Positions 26,291 to 38,148 of a stretch of 64,000 nucleotides of DNA are shown here, piece after piece. Positions within the stretch are counted from its first letter, which is position 1. Each line of letters starts with the position of its first letter. Both the position numbers and the translations under genes were made by a program. The stretch is taken from the NCBI RefSeq assembly GCF_009914755.1, contig NC_060928.1. One strand, 5' to 3'. A model generated the notes under the pieces. The model was not told the DNA's origin, did not search any database, and worked only from the letters and a program-made list of their open reading frames with translations. The DNA is from the human T2T-CHM13v2.0 reference genome, Homo sapiens.

Positions 26291-29200
26291 GAGAAATGAA
26301 GTTCTGATACTTGGTGCAACATGGATGGACTTTGAAGATACTATGCTGAATGAAAGACGCCAGACACAAAGACCATGCATTATATGATTCCACTTACATG
26401 AAATGCCATGGGCATATCCATCAAGACAGACACAAGATTAGCAGTTGCCAGAGGCTGGAAAGAGGACAGAATGGAGAATGACTAGAGCCTTTGCTCTAGC
26501 ATTTGTATGACACTCAATTCTGCCTTCCAGAAAGGGTGATATTAATATATATATGTCATTGTCATTTACGTAAAAATTTTGCCACCCTTCTCAAGAGGCA
26601 AACACAATTTTTTTACTAGTTTAAAGTTGTTATAACATTGTTTAAAGATCAATGTCCTATTATTTGTTTTATTGTGTTTATTTACACAGGAGTGAAGTTA
26701 GGCCCCCTTGCAGGGTTGCCCATCTAGTGCCAGATGATAATATGTAACCACAATAGTAGGTTAATTAAACTAGCAGTACTCCAAAATGATTTTTAATACC
26801 ATCTGTTTTGGGAATCATCACAGCTGAACCTTCCAACCTATATACTACACTCACAAAATCTTCATTAATGGACCATATTAAGTTTATTTGACAGCCACCC
26901 TGTGGCATTCACAGAGTAGCTCTGAGTAAAATTATGGACACTATAAGAATCTCGTTCCCCATAAAAGATCCCTTCTTACTTAATAGCCCTCCTTTCCCTC
27001 ACCATTCTTTATTACATTCTTATTACAAACTAAGACACATTTATTATAACAAGTAAAACAATACAAAAATGTATAAATAAAAAAAATACTAGTCCATTCT
27101 TCCCCGTCATCATGCCAGTCACATTTCAACTCCATGATACCAACATTTACAGCTTAGTGCGTATTCTGTTTTTCCTTGATGTTCACGCAAGCATACAAAG
27201 CTATGTTTAACATCTTTATTTTTCTAAGACTGCTAAGACTCCCAGATCATTTCACAATCCTCCCACTAAAGAAAGTTCCCCATTTTTTTCTTTCACATGA
27301 ATGACTAACCACTTAAGATATTAATCTCTAATAATAATTTATCATTAACAGGCCCAAAAGCTGTAAACTAGAAATTAAATTCTGACAGCAGAATTGCAAG
27401 CATTGATCAGTGGATAAAAGAGGATAGTCAGTAATTGGGTTGGGAAAGGGCAGGCTATAACCTTCCAGAACCTCAGAAAATCTTTAAGTTTTTATATTTT
27501 CTTATAAGTAAGTGAGGTTTTAATCCATTCTAATACACTAAGTGTACCTTATCTGGAAGGCTTCAGTTTACAAGAAGATGTTGGCATGACTTCACAGTCA
27601 CATACAGACATAAATATGCACCCAGTTACTCTTTTATCCACCTGAAGTACACACTAGTCTTTGCATGTTACTGTAGAACTATACATGTTCATGATGAAAA
27701 GTGTCTTTGTTGTTTTTTCATTGACTTCTTATATGAGGACAAACCGGGTTGGAAATAACATGCAATGTATTAACCAATAACGATGATTATGAAATAATGA
27801 AAAATAATGAGGAAAGAATGAGGCAACACAACAACAATGTTTAGGCAACTCCCCTCAGCCCATCTGCCCCAGGTAATATGTGGGAGAATGGATACAAGGA
27901 ATATCTAAACTTTGCTTTTGTCTGTATCTTTGAAGTTCATACATTTTTTTTACACCACTATACTTTTAACTCTATTGCTTAGTTGAAGCAATAACTTACT
28001 GGGACTAGAGCAAATATAAACTTTGACTATATTATATAAAGAACATTAACAGTTTTCCCTGTAAAAAAATCAAAATTCCGGAATACCATGGAAAAACACT
28101 GTGATTTTGGAAATTGTAATGAAGACAACTTAAGCATTAAAATGAAATCTTACCAAATATCATGGGAATATTGTCTAGAAGACTCTCAAGATAGACGATA
28201 TTAGAAGAGAGATTACTAACATTTCATACATTCCTCTATGAGTATTTTTACTTACATTCTTCATAAGAAGGCACTGAAACCATTTTGTTAAATAACAAAT
28301 TTATTTCACCACCATAGAATCAATATAAACTTTTGACATTTAAGGCAAGTCACTCCACTGTGGTCATATTCGTTTAGATTCTAAGGACCAAAGAAGTATT
28401 TCAACATTAGAAGTCTATAGTTTAATTTTGTGTATTACTTCTATCAAAATATTGTTGTGTGTTGATCATGGATCCATTTTCCCATCTTTCTTGCTTAACG
28501 CAAACCTGCTTTGTTTCAAAGGAACTAGTACAAATCATAGTCAAAGAGGAAAGGCAAAGATGAAGACAAGAGAAACAGCACTAAAATCCAGGTTTGAAAG
28601 ATAAAATAAATCCAAGACATTGAAAGTGTTCATGACATTAGCAAGTGAGGATTTTGGAAACAGGTTGGGATTCACACCATAAGGCCGAAAAAGTTAATAA
28701 TTAAGATTTGTGACCAAGTGTATTTACAAAGAGGCAGAGAATGAATTGTATTGGATGGCAGCAAACAGCGCTGGGATGGACCCTCAAGATTAACATAGGT
28801 ATAAAATACAATTTCTTTGTTAAATATCACTTTATGGAAGTCCACTATTAAACTTACTTGACCTACTATTTTGTAGTCATTACCATATTAAAAACTCATT
28901 TTGCATATAATCTTTGGAAATAAGAGATAAAACATGTGGTAGAGATAAAAAGGTTCAGGCCAAAAGAGAAATCATTCACAAGGTGAGACATCTAAAATAT
29001 GGTACCTAGAAAGCCCTGAAACGCATAAGGGTGAGGTACCTGATATCTTAAAGATAATTCAGGTAATAGATATCTTGAAGAAGAAAACATAAGCATAATT
29101 ACAGTCATCTTTCCTTGCTCACATATTTTTTACCTAATATGTACATCATAATAAATTTTCTTGGATATTTTTAGAAGCAAAAATGGGCTTAATAAAAATG

Positions 29201-30493
29201 TCGTTAGCTGACAAAAATAACTTGGGTAAATAAAATGTTAAGAAAACTTTAAGAAATTTTCAAAAATCGTTTGTCAAAAAGATCAAATGTCAAACTAAAA
29301 TAAGTGTTTGGAATTTCAATACAAAATATTGCAAAGATTTTAAATGCTATTGCAAATTGTTCTCAAAACAAAACAAATAAAAGTATGCGCAGAAGAAAAA
29401 AAAACTATTATTTCCTGATGAAATAGATGTAATTATCTAAATTTTAATTTACTCTGATCCATAGGAGGGAAATGAACACCCAGGGGCGAATAAGGAATTA
29501 CAACTTGAGAAATGTTAAAATCTCTGACAACGTTATTAGATTTTAGATATTAATAAATAAACCACTATAATGACAAATATAATTTGTTGAATTTCTGAAA
29601 TAAAATAAATATTAATTGTACAGACCAATTTTTACAACACTAAAACGTTTCTAGCTTTGATTAGCTAAAGAAGTTAGTCTGCATATTTGAATTTAAAATG
29701 TCTTAAGTTTAAGATGTTATTTTAAGAAATTCAGTTGTATTACTTTTAAGAAAAAAAAACTTTTAAAAAGTTAACAAAAATGGTCATTAATAAAGTTCAA
29801 AAAATCTATTTGTATCATCCCAAAGAACCAGTCTATCAAGCTTAGGGACTGATCACACTGAAGTGACATAAAGTGCTTAAAAGTACTGTGTTCTTTCATG
29901 AGGGTAAACACTTTCTTGGCATTGCCTTTAAGCTATTTGCTTAAAACTCCCCCTTTCCATGGTTGGTGCGAAGTATGTAAACCTAATCCGTAATCTTACC
30001 CTTGTCTCATTATTACAAACAGAAAGGCTTGATTTAACAGTTTGTATTCAGTAATCATAACCTAACTCTTCTTCCCATTATTATAATTAGAAAAGCTTGA
30101 TGTAGTGAAAGGCACTAAAAGGAAAGTTGGGAGAAGCAGGTGACAGCTTGTTACTAGTTTGCTTTAATGCTTTGGTCTCATCACCTAATCTTTGATTCCA
30201 ATTGTTTTTGTCTCTGCAGCAAGTGATTTGGATAAAGGATCTATTAGAATTCTCCAGGTGAAATAATAAAGTACCAATTAATGAAAATGTACTATAATAG
30301 ACTACTACTTGATATAATGCTCTGTCATACACTGACAAGTCTTAATAAATCAATCAAGACATTTTACAATAGATATAATGCAATGTAATGCTATGCTTAA
30401 ACTTTGGTAGTTGTTTAGTATATTTTAATTACATATTTAACTGTCAGCTCTTGTTAATGCCACAAAAATATAAGCTTTATAAAAATGCCTAAG

Positions 30494-30544
30494 CCACTAT
30501 GGCACATGTTTACCTATGTAAGAAACCTGCATATCAAAATAAAT
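30494..30544 (+). mobile_element. Very short L1PA 3' UTR fragment
   Basis: CCACTATGGCACATGTTTACCTATGTAAGAAACCTGCATATC plus an A-rich tail, flanked by AAAAATGCCTAAG / AAAAATATCTAAA. Confidence 0.8.
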
Positions 30545-30627
30545 AAAAATATCTAAAAGAGTTTTTAAAAGCCCGTGAGTTAAATCTATCAGTAGTTGAT
30601 GTTTAGCCCTTACAGTGTTTAAAAAAA

Positions 30628-30734
30628 AAATGGTTAAACTTTCTAAATTAGATAACATGATTGGTAAGTGGATTTCAAAAATAAATGTTTAAACTTTTTA
30701 AATTATAAAACATGATTTTTAAGTGGATTTTAAA
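30628..30734. repeat. 55-bp-period diverged tandem duplication
   Basis: AAATGGTTAAACTTTCTAAATTAGATAACATGATTGGTAAGTGGATTTCAAA vs AAATGTTTAAACTTTTTAAATTATAAAACATGATTTTTAAGTGGATTTTAAA. Confidence 0.9.
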
Positions 30735-32515
30735 CTTCTCCAAAAAGGAAAGAGAGATTTGGAAACACTGGTTCAATCACTACTGCAGAGAAACAGTTGG
30801 CTGGTGGTGAGTAGCTGGGACCCTTTAGATTGGAGTTATGGAAACCTCACCTAGTTTCATTTTCTCATTGACTTTTTGTTTGAAAACTTAAATTCTCTAT
30901 TTTAGGAATTCATCAAGAGATTAATGTGGCTTGAAAAATTAAAAGACATGAAATTTTGGTCCTAGAGCATTGTGAGTGTGGGGAGCTGTCTCATTCAGGA
31001 GACTTACTAGAAAACAAAGTCAGCAACCTTGCCCCTTACCTTTTCTGTTTGCCACTAAGAGACATATCATTTTAGGAATATATTAGAAAGATGTCTTCCT
31101 ACAAAGATATTCAGACAAAAGGGCACTAGCTCGTTTTTCATATTTTCTCCATCGAGTATACACTGCCTGAGCTGTATATAGTTCTGAACTGTAGCAATAA
31201 AAAATAAGCTGTGCGAACACGAACCAGGAGACAGACTGTGCACTGTATTTCCTGCTCATATGTTGTCTCAGCTGTTTTGCACTTTACAGTTTCAGCTAAA
31301 GAATGTCCATTTATCACGTAATGCTAATCAGTTATCATTCTACTCCACATTTTGTACAAAACATTGCTGGGAAGTCTGTTCTGGATTTGATGGATAGCCA
31401 GAACGGGACAGCACATAACCAAAAAAGGCATAAATACTCACAGATGTCTGGTCATACAGATGAGTTAAAATCAAAGAAAATTAGAGCTGGGTAAGACAGA
31501 CGTGATCATGGAGCATATCAGGGGAGTCTAAACTTGGTATTTCTTCACCTTTTTTTTATCCAAATGGGCTTTCTTCTCATTAAGATAAATGTTCAAACCA
31601 GAATGTCTTCATTAGTTTCCTTAAACTACAAGCCTTTTTTTCTTCGAATGTAAACCCCCACATCAAGAAGCCAAAAAGCAGAAATCCTGTTTATTACCAA
31701 AGACATCCAAAAAGCTGTCCAAATCCAAATTAGAGCATATGGTGCAAATTCCTCCACTCTTATAGCCTCCAACATCCCCCATCCCACTCCCTCATCCCGC
31801 TATTGTTCTGGCTTGAGTAATGTGTTTATATTTCCCTATTCAAGAACCACCAGGCAAAAATCACTTTTTCTGCACCAAGATAATTGGCTAGCAGAAAATA
31901 AGGCAGTCATTTTACTGTTTCCTTTTCCCATCAGTATTTTTGTATTTTTTGTCAAGTGATGTCTGATTGCTGTAAATATATCTCACATGTTAAATATTAA
32001 TCTTTTCACATGTAGTAATCTATGTATCAGCCTTTTCTTTGTCCATTTCAAAGCTATTATTTTCACATTGATGATCGGTCATTTCTCTAACAGTCACCTG
32101 AGAAAATTACTCCATATTAGCTACACTCAGCCAGAGCTTATTCTTATAGTTTTAGTATTTTTGTCCATAAACAACTAGTTATTGCTGTTTTCTTTCATAT
32201 CGCTTTAATTTATGAAGATTTTTAACAAAAACATGGTAATATTTCTTCGTGGTAATTATCCTTTCACAATGTGATACTTCAAAATAAAAAGTAAAGATAT
32301 TTTATTTGGATATTATGTCAAATGATTAATTTCAACTCACCTATAAATATAAATGAAGCCCCCTTAAAGTTGTATTTTTTCATATTTTTATGGCTTTATA
32401 CCATAATAATATTTAATTATAAAAAATAAATTTAAAGTATTGGATATTTGCTTAACAAATGTCAGAAATCAAGTCAAGTTGTGATAACAATCCAAGAATG
32501 AGGGTTGAAGGTTAG

Positions 32516-32885
<370 letters not shown>

Positions 32886-33621
32886 TGATTTTTAAAGGGC
32901 AGTCTGGTCACTTCACCAGATTTATAAACACCAAGATATGGGTTATGGCAGAAAAGGCCCAAAATAATCATCTACTTCCAAATGATGTATTTTGATGTTA
33001 TTTTCCCCATAGATTTTAGAATATAAATTTCCCTATATTTTATTTTGATTTCGAATTGGTAGCAGGAAACAGACTTTAATACGTATATGGAATGCATTTC
33101 TTCCAAGCCAGAACATTGCCATTATATTACTAAGCAGAAAAAAAGTTTCATTTATCAAATAAAAGCCCATTTCTCACATATTTGCCTACTAATTCTATTT
33201 TCATTCTTGAACAGAATTATACAATTCTTGCCAATACTTTCAAATGATTTAGCATGTACAGACCATTTCCTACTTTTAAAGTTCAAATATCTCAAAAAAG
33301 ATAGTTTGGAATTGGAGATACTGATGGAATATTCTACCCAGTGGATAGCAAATGAGATACATAGAAAATCAAAACAATAATATAACAATCTAAAACAAGC
33401 AATAAAATCATGAATTTGAGACTAATCTTTTCAAAATTTAAAATCGTCATTTAATATTTCATCTAGCAACCTAAGAGAGAGGCTGCTTAGTTCATTTATC
33501 CATTTTTAACTTAATTTATTCAGTATATAATTTTTTATTAATTCACATGTACGGCCTCCACTACCATGTGAAAACATGTTTTCAGAACCTCAGGGTTCTA
33601 GAGTCAGAGCAAATTAATTTC

Positions 33622-33999
33622 TTTTTTTTTATTATTAATATACTTTAAGTTCTAGGTACATGTGTACAACGTGCAGGTTTGTTACATATGTATACATGTG
33701 CCATGTTGGTGTGCTGCACCCATTAACTGGTCATTTACATTAGGTATATCTCCTAATGCTCTTCCCCCTCCCCCTACCCCATGACAGGCCCTGGTGTGTG
33801 ATGTTTCCCACCCTGTGTCCAAGTGTTCTCATTGTTCAATTCCCACCTATGAGTGAGAACATATAGTGTTTGGTTTTCTGTCCTTGCGACAGTTTGCTCG
33901 GAATGATGGTTTCCAGCTAGATTGGATTAAGAAAATGTGGCACATATACACCATGGAATACTATGCAGCCATAAAAAAGGATGAGTTCATGTCCTTTGT
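33622..33999 (-). mobile_element. Short L1PA (L1PA5/6-like) with 5' inversion
   Basis: Antisense 3' end at 33622-33918, then a sense ORF2-end piece at 33919-33999. Perfect 14-bp TSD AGCAAATTAATTTC at 33608-33621 and 34000-34013. Confidence 0.95.
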
Positions 34000-34269
34000 A
34001 GCAAATTAATTTCAACTTGATTAGGGGGTATAGAGGACATGCTTTGTTGCTTCACACTTGATAAAGGATTGGTTTGGGACAACCTATAATATAAATTCAG
34101 GATCAATATTAATTCACTAACCTTGGACATGTCACCAGTAAGAACTAGAATATCAATTCCTATGCAAAGAGCAGTGCAATTAAATTCATTTATCACAATA
34201 TTGAAGGAAAACCAAATAACTCCACTGCTCCATAATAACTGTTTTAACAAACATCTTAAATGTATTAAC

Positions 34270-37090
34270 TCATCATTCATTTATTTCATAGATGTTTATG
34301 AAACCACTACATGGTGACAGGTTTCCATGATAGCTGTGGTTAATATACATAAAGATCCAACAAACTAGATAGGAAGACAAATAAATGAAAAACCAGGCAA
34401 TTTTAATATTAAGTGGTAAGAGACAAAGGGTCAAGATATGGTGTCATGGGACCATACAGGAAGGGGAATTAAACCAGTCATGATGAATCAAGGAAGGCAT
34501 CTCAGAGAATATGGAGAGATGTCCCAGAGGAGATGGATATCCTATGCTTAGGAGTTTCAGATTTTATCCTGAAGACCATCAGAAAGTAATGGGGATATGT
34601 AAGCTGAGAAATAATGTGTTCTGTATTTTATAAGATCACTCTGATTGAAAGTTTGAAAAACATATTAGAAAAATATAAGACTATTAGCAGAAAACCAGTT
34701 GGAAGATTATTTCAGGAAACAAAATGGAAAACAATAGTCACCTGAGTTTAGGCTATGATCATAAGGATGGAACGAAGTAACTTGGTTTGAGATAAATCAA
34801 AAGAGATAGAAAAGATACATGCCAGAGTGATTGAATCAATGTTGAGGTTGGTGAAGAGAATAACAGAGTTGACACGGAGGAATCTGCCTGATGATTCAAA
34901 TTCGCCATTCAGATAAGTCTCATTCATTCACATGAACACTCATCACATATGTTTATCATTTCTATACCTAAAATAATCTTACTAACTGGATATATATGTT
35001 CTTCCCCCCCAAATCAGATATTGACCCATTTGTCATTCATGTATTCATTGTGTTCTTGTCAAATATGTCTTGAGAATCTTTTGAGTGTTCCACACTGTAT
35101 TTGAATAAGCGAGATAAAAACAATTGAAAAGGGACAGAAGAATGAACGAAGGAAAAATGCACAAATGTGATTAGAGAGATCCAGTATGTACAGTAGACTA
35201 AAAGACAATACCAAGATAGGAACTGAAAAGCAAAGAAGTATGATACAAGAAGGAACTGCTGGGGAAACCATGCTAAGTCTTACGTTTACTATATTAATAA
35301 TTATAAATCTTAGAATAACTGTCACACTTCAAAGAAATTTCAACAGGGAAGGAAAAGTTGTGACATTATTATATTTGTGTTTTGAAAAGTTATTCTTGCT
35401 GCAATGTGAAAAAATGGATAAAGAGAGTTGTTAAGGATATAAATAAGATAGTACTTAAAGGTAATGATAATTAGCAGTAGTAGAGTGAAGTCAAAGGTAT
35501 AGAGAGAAATGGATAGGGATGATTAGAAGATAAAAGCTGCAAAGCTTAGGAAAGGGATGTATAAAATAAAGAGGGTGAGAGAAAAGAAAGTGTCAAGATG
35601 TCTGGCTTGTATTACTGTATGGATAGAAGTACCACTCAGTGAGACAGGCAACACTGGAAGGGGAGCCGTTTCATTTGGGGGATGGTAGGGAAAGATATTT
35701 CAAGGAGACTTTGAAATGTACAGGAGATATCTCATAAGCAGTAAGATATACAGTGTGTTCTAAATAGATTGTTATGTTTAACCTGAAAAGGATGGGGGCT
35801 TCTATTGTCTCTGTGAGGTAGAAGACCCATCAAGGATGGGTCAGGAAAGAAAGGAAGTTAGAGTTAGTGACAAGTCTAAAAATAAATTAATTGGCCAGAG
35901 AAATATACTTAGGTTGTCAAGAAACCTAAGACTGTCAAACAATGTGGAGGTATATATCATACATTTACAGTGGAACTTGTTTTCATTGGACTTTCTTTTT
36001 CCATGCTTGGATAAGGACAAAGTATAATGGGCTCATCCATGGCTGGAACATCATAAGGGTGTAGTAAAAAAATGAGAAACAAGGATGTTTAGTATATTAG
36101 TAAGAGTAAAATTGAAATTACTAACCACAAAATTTAATTTGGATAAAGAAAAATGAAGAAAGAACAGTCTGAAATATTAGGAGAAATCAGATTATAAATG
36201 TTTTCTCATGGCACTAAGGAAGATTTAAATGGCAGTAGTCAAACAAGATGGAAGAAGGCAGAGGACATATTTTCATTCAGAAGTTTTGGGTGATAATAAA
36301 GTTCAAAGGATGATTTTTGGAAGAAAAAAACTGCAGAAATCAAAGAACTGCATAAAACAGATTATTGGAGGGGGGGGACATTGGCATGGCTTTGAATTAT
36401 TCAAGATGCGGGTAAGGCTTATAAATTAGGTACATAATTTTTTTGCTAAATAAGGAAGAATAATCAGGTCAGAGGTTATCAGCAACTAAAAGGGCAGTAG
36501 AAGGTTGATTTTCAAAGGTGCAAGAATGAGTACAATGGTGTTATGCGCTGAATTGCTTTCCTCCAAATTCATGGGATGAAGTCCTGATCCTCAGTGCCTC
36601 AGAATGTGACTGTTTGGAGATAGGGTCTTTAAAGAAGTAATTAAAGTTAAATGAGGTGAGTAGAGTGGACCCTAATCCAAGATGACTAGTGTCCTTAACA
36701 AGAAGAGGAGTTTAGGTCACAGAAAGCCATGTGAAGATACAAGGAAAGATGGCATTTTAATGTCAAGGAAAGAAGCCTCAAAGAATGACCCTGCCAACAC
36801 CTCATCTCAGACTTCTGCATCCAGAATTGTGAGAAAATTGATTTATGTTGTTTAAGGCACCTAATCTTGTTATGGCAGCCCTAGCAAACTAATACAGAGA
36901 CATTAGAGGAATAAGGGCTTGGAAGCAGCAATAGAAAGCTACCAACCCCTATTCTTGGCCTTGACATTCATGAGCTATAGTAAAAGACATGAAATCCACT
37001 TAAAATTACTACAGGGCAAATGAAGCCTCAGCTTTTCAGCTATGGCAGGAGGTGGAGTAGCACTCATTAAATTGTTTGAGAACACAGAGG
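34270..37090 (-). mobile_element. L2 fragments (at least two 3' ends, at ~34270 and ~35030), interrupted by MLT1
   Basis: TCATTCATTTATTTCATAGATGTTTATGAAACCACTAC is an L2 antisense tail. AGGAGTTTCAGATTTTATCCTGAAG and similar L2 motifs continue to ~37090. Confidence 0.7.
36539..36896 (+). mobile_element. MLT1A/B MaLR solo LTR
   Basis: TGTTATGCGCTGAATTG...CTCAGAATGTGACTGTTTGGAGATAGGGTCTTTAAAG...GGCAGCCCTAGCAAACTAATACA. Confidence 0.92.
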
Positions 37091-37668
37091 GTAATATGGG
37101 CACTCTTTATTTCTAATAATTCTAACTCAATTCCAAGAAAGATCAAAAGAGATCAACCTCTCCTAGCATCCGAGGTCAGGATATAAGCCAGTGAACATCA
37201 ACACTTCTAATGGGCATTCCTAAGTACAAACTAAATAGTTTAATTAAGTGTACTATTTAGATCAATCCAGATTTAGATAGCCAATTTAGATAGCAGCTGG
37301 TCTGGCATAAAACAGAAAGAAACCAAATATCTCTGCCTTTCACATTTCCTCTATTTTTATACTGACTAAAATACATAATATTTAATAGGATACTTTTTTG
37401 AAAAAAAGATTTATTTTGCGTTCTCAATAAGAGTAATGGGAAAGAGAAAGAAAAATGACGTCAGGTATACTAACTGACCTGTTGGCAGACAAAAATTTCC
37501 TTAGGAGAATGACAGGGAGCTTAAAGGCCAAACTAGACAAATATGAAAAAGAAATAATGATATACTCAAATACAAATGTTTTTAAAGATGGGTTTAGAAA
37601 AGTTAAAATACTCTAATTGTCTCTTAGAGTATGTCAAAGGCTCAGTTTGATTTAATAGAATGGGAAGA

Positions 37669-37671
<3 letters not shown>

Positions 37672-37711
<40 letters not shown>
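37672..37711. repeat. (CA)20 microsatellite
   Basis: Perfect CA run. Confidence 0.99.
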
Positions 37712-37713
<2 letters not shown>

Positions 37714-38103
37714 TGAATTGGCTTCCAAAGAGGGAAACAAGATGAAGAAATGTTTGAGCTCTCTGAAAACACAGTCAATCATTTGAACAACTGTGGAATT
37801 TATTTCCGATAAATGGAGTAATTTATTTAAACGTGAACCTATTTGAAAAAGGAAACACCAGAAAGATCAGAAAATAATACATCTGAAACCATTTAGCAGT
37901 TTCAAGAGGATAGAGTTATCACGGAAAATCAGTTTTGCCCTGTGTAAAAGTTCAGGGAAGGTGAAAAGAAGCTATAGGGAAGACCAAATCCACTAAAAAG
38001 AAGCCAGTTGAAGCTATTTTCAAAGCCTATTATAAAAGTCTATCTCCTGTGTAAAAAATACCACAATCAGGAAGATGATAATGAGGTTTCCTGTTTTGTT
38101 TCA

Positions 38104-38148
38104 TTAGGTTGGTGCAAAAGCCATTGTGGGTTTTGCCATTACTTTTAA
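38104..38148. mobile_element. Half MADE1 (one terminal inverted repeat plus spacer)
   Basis: TTAGGTTGGTGCAAAAGCCATTGTGGGTTTTGCCATTACTTTTAA, with the second arm absent. Confidence 0.85.
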
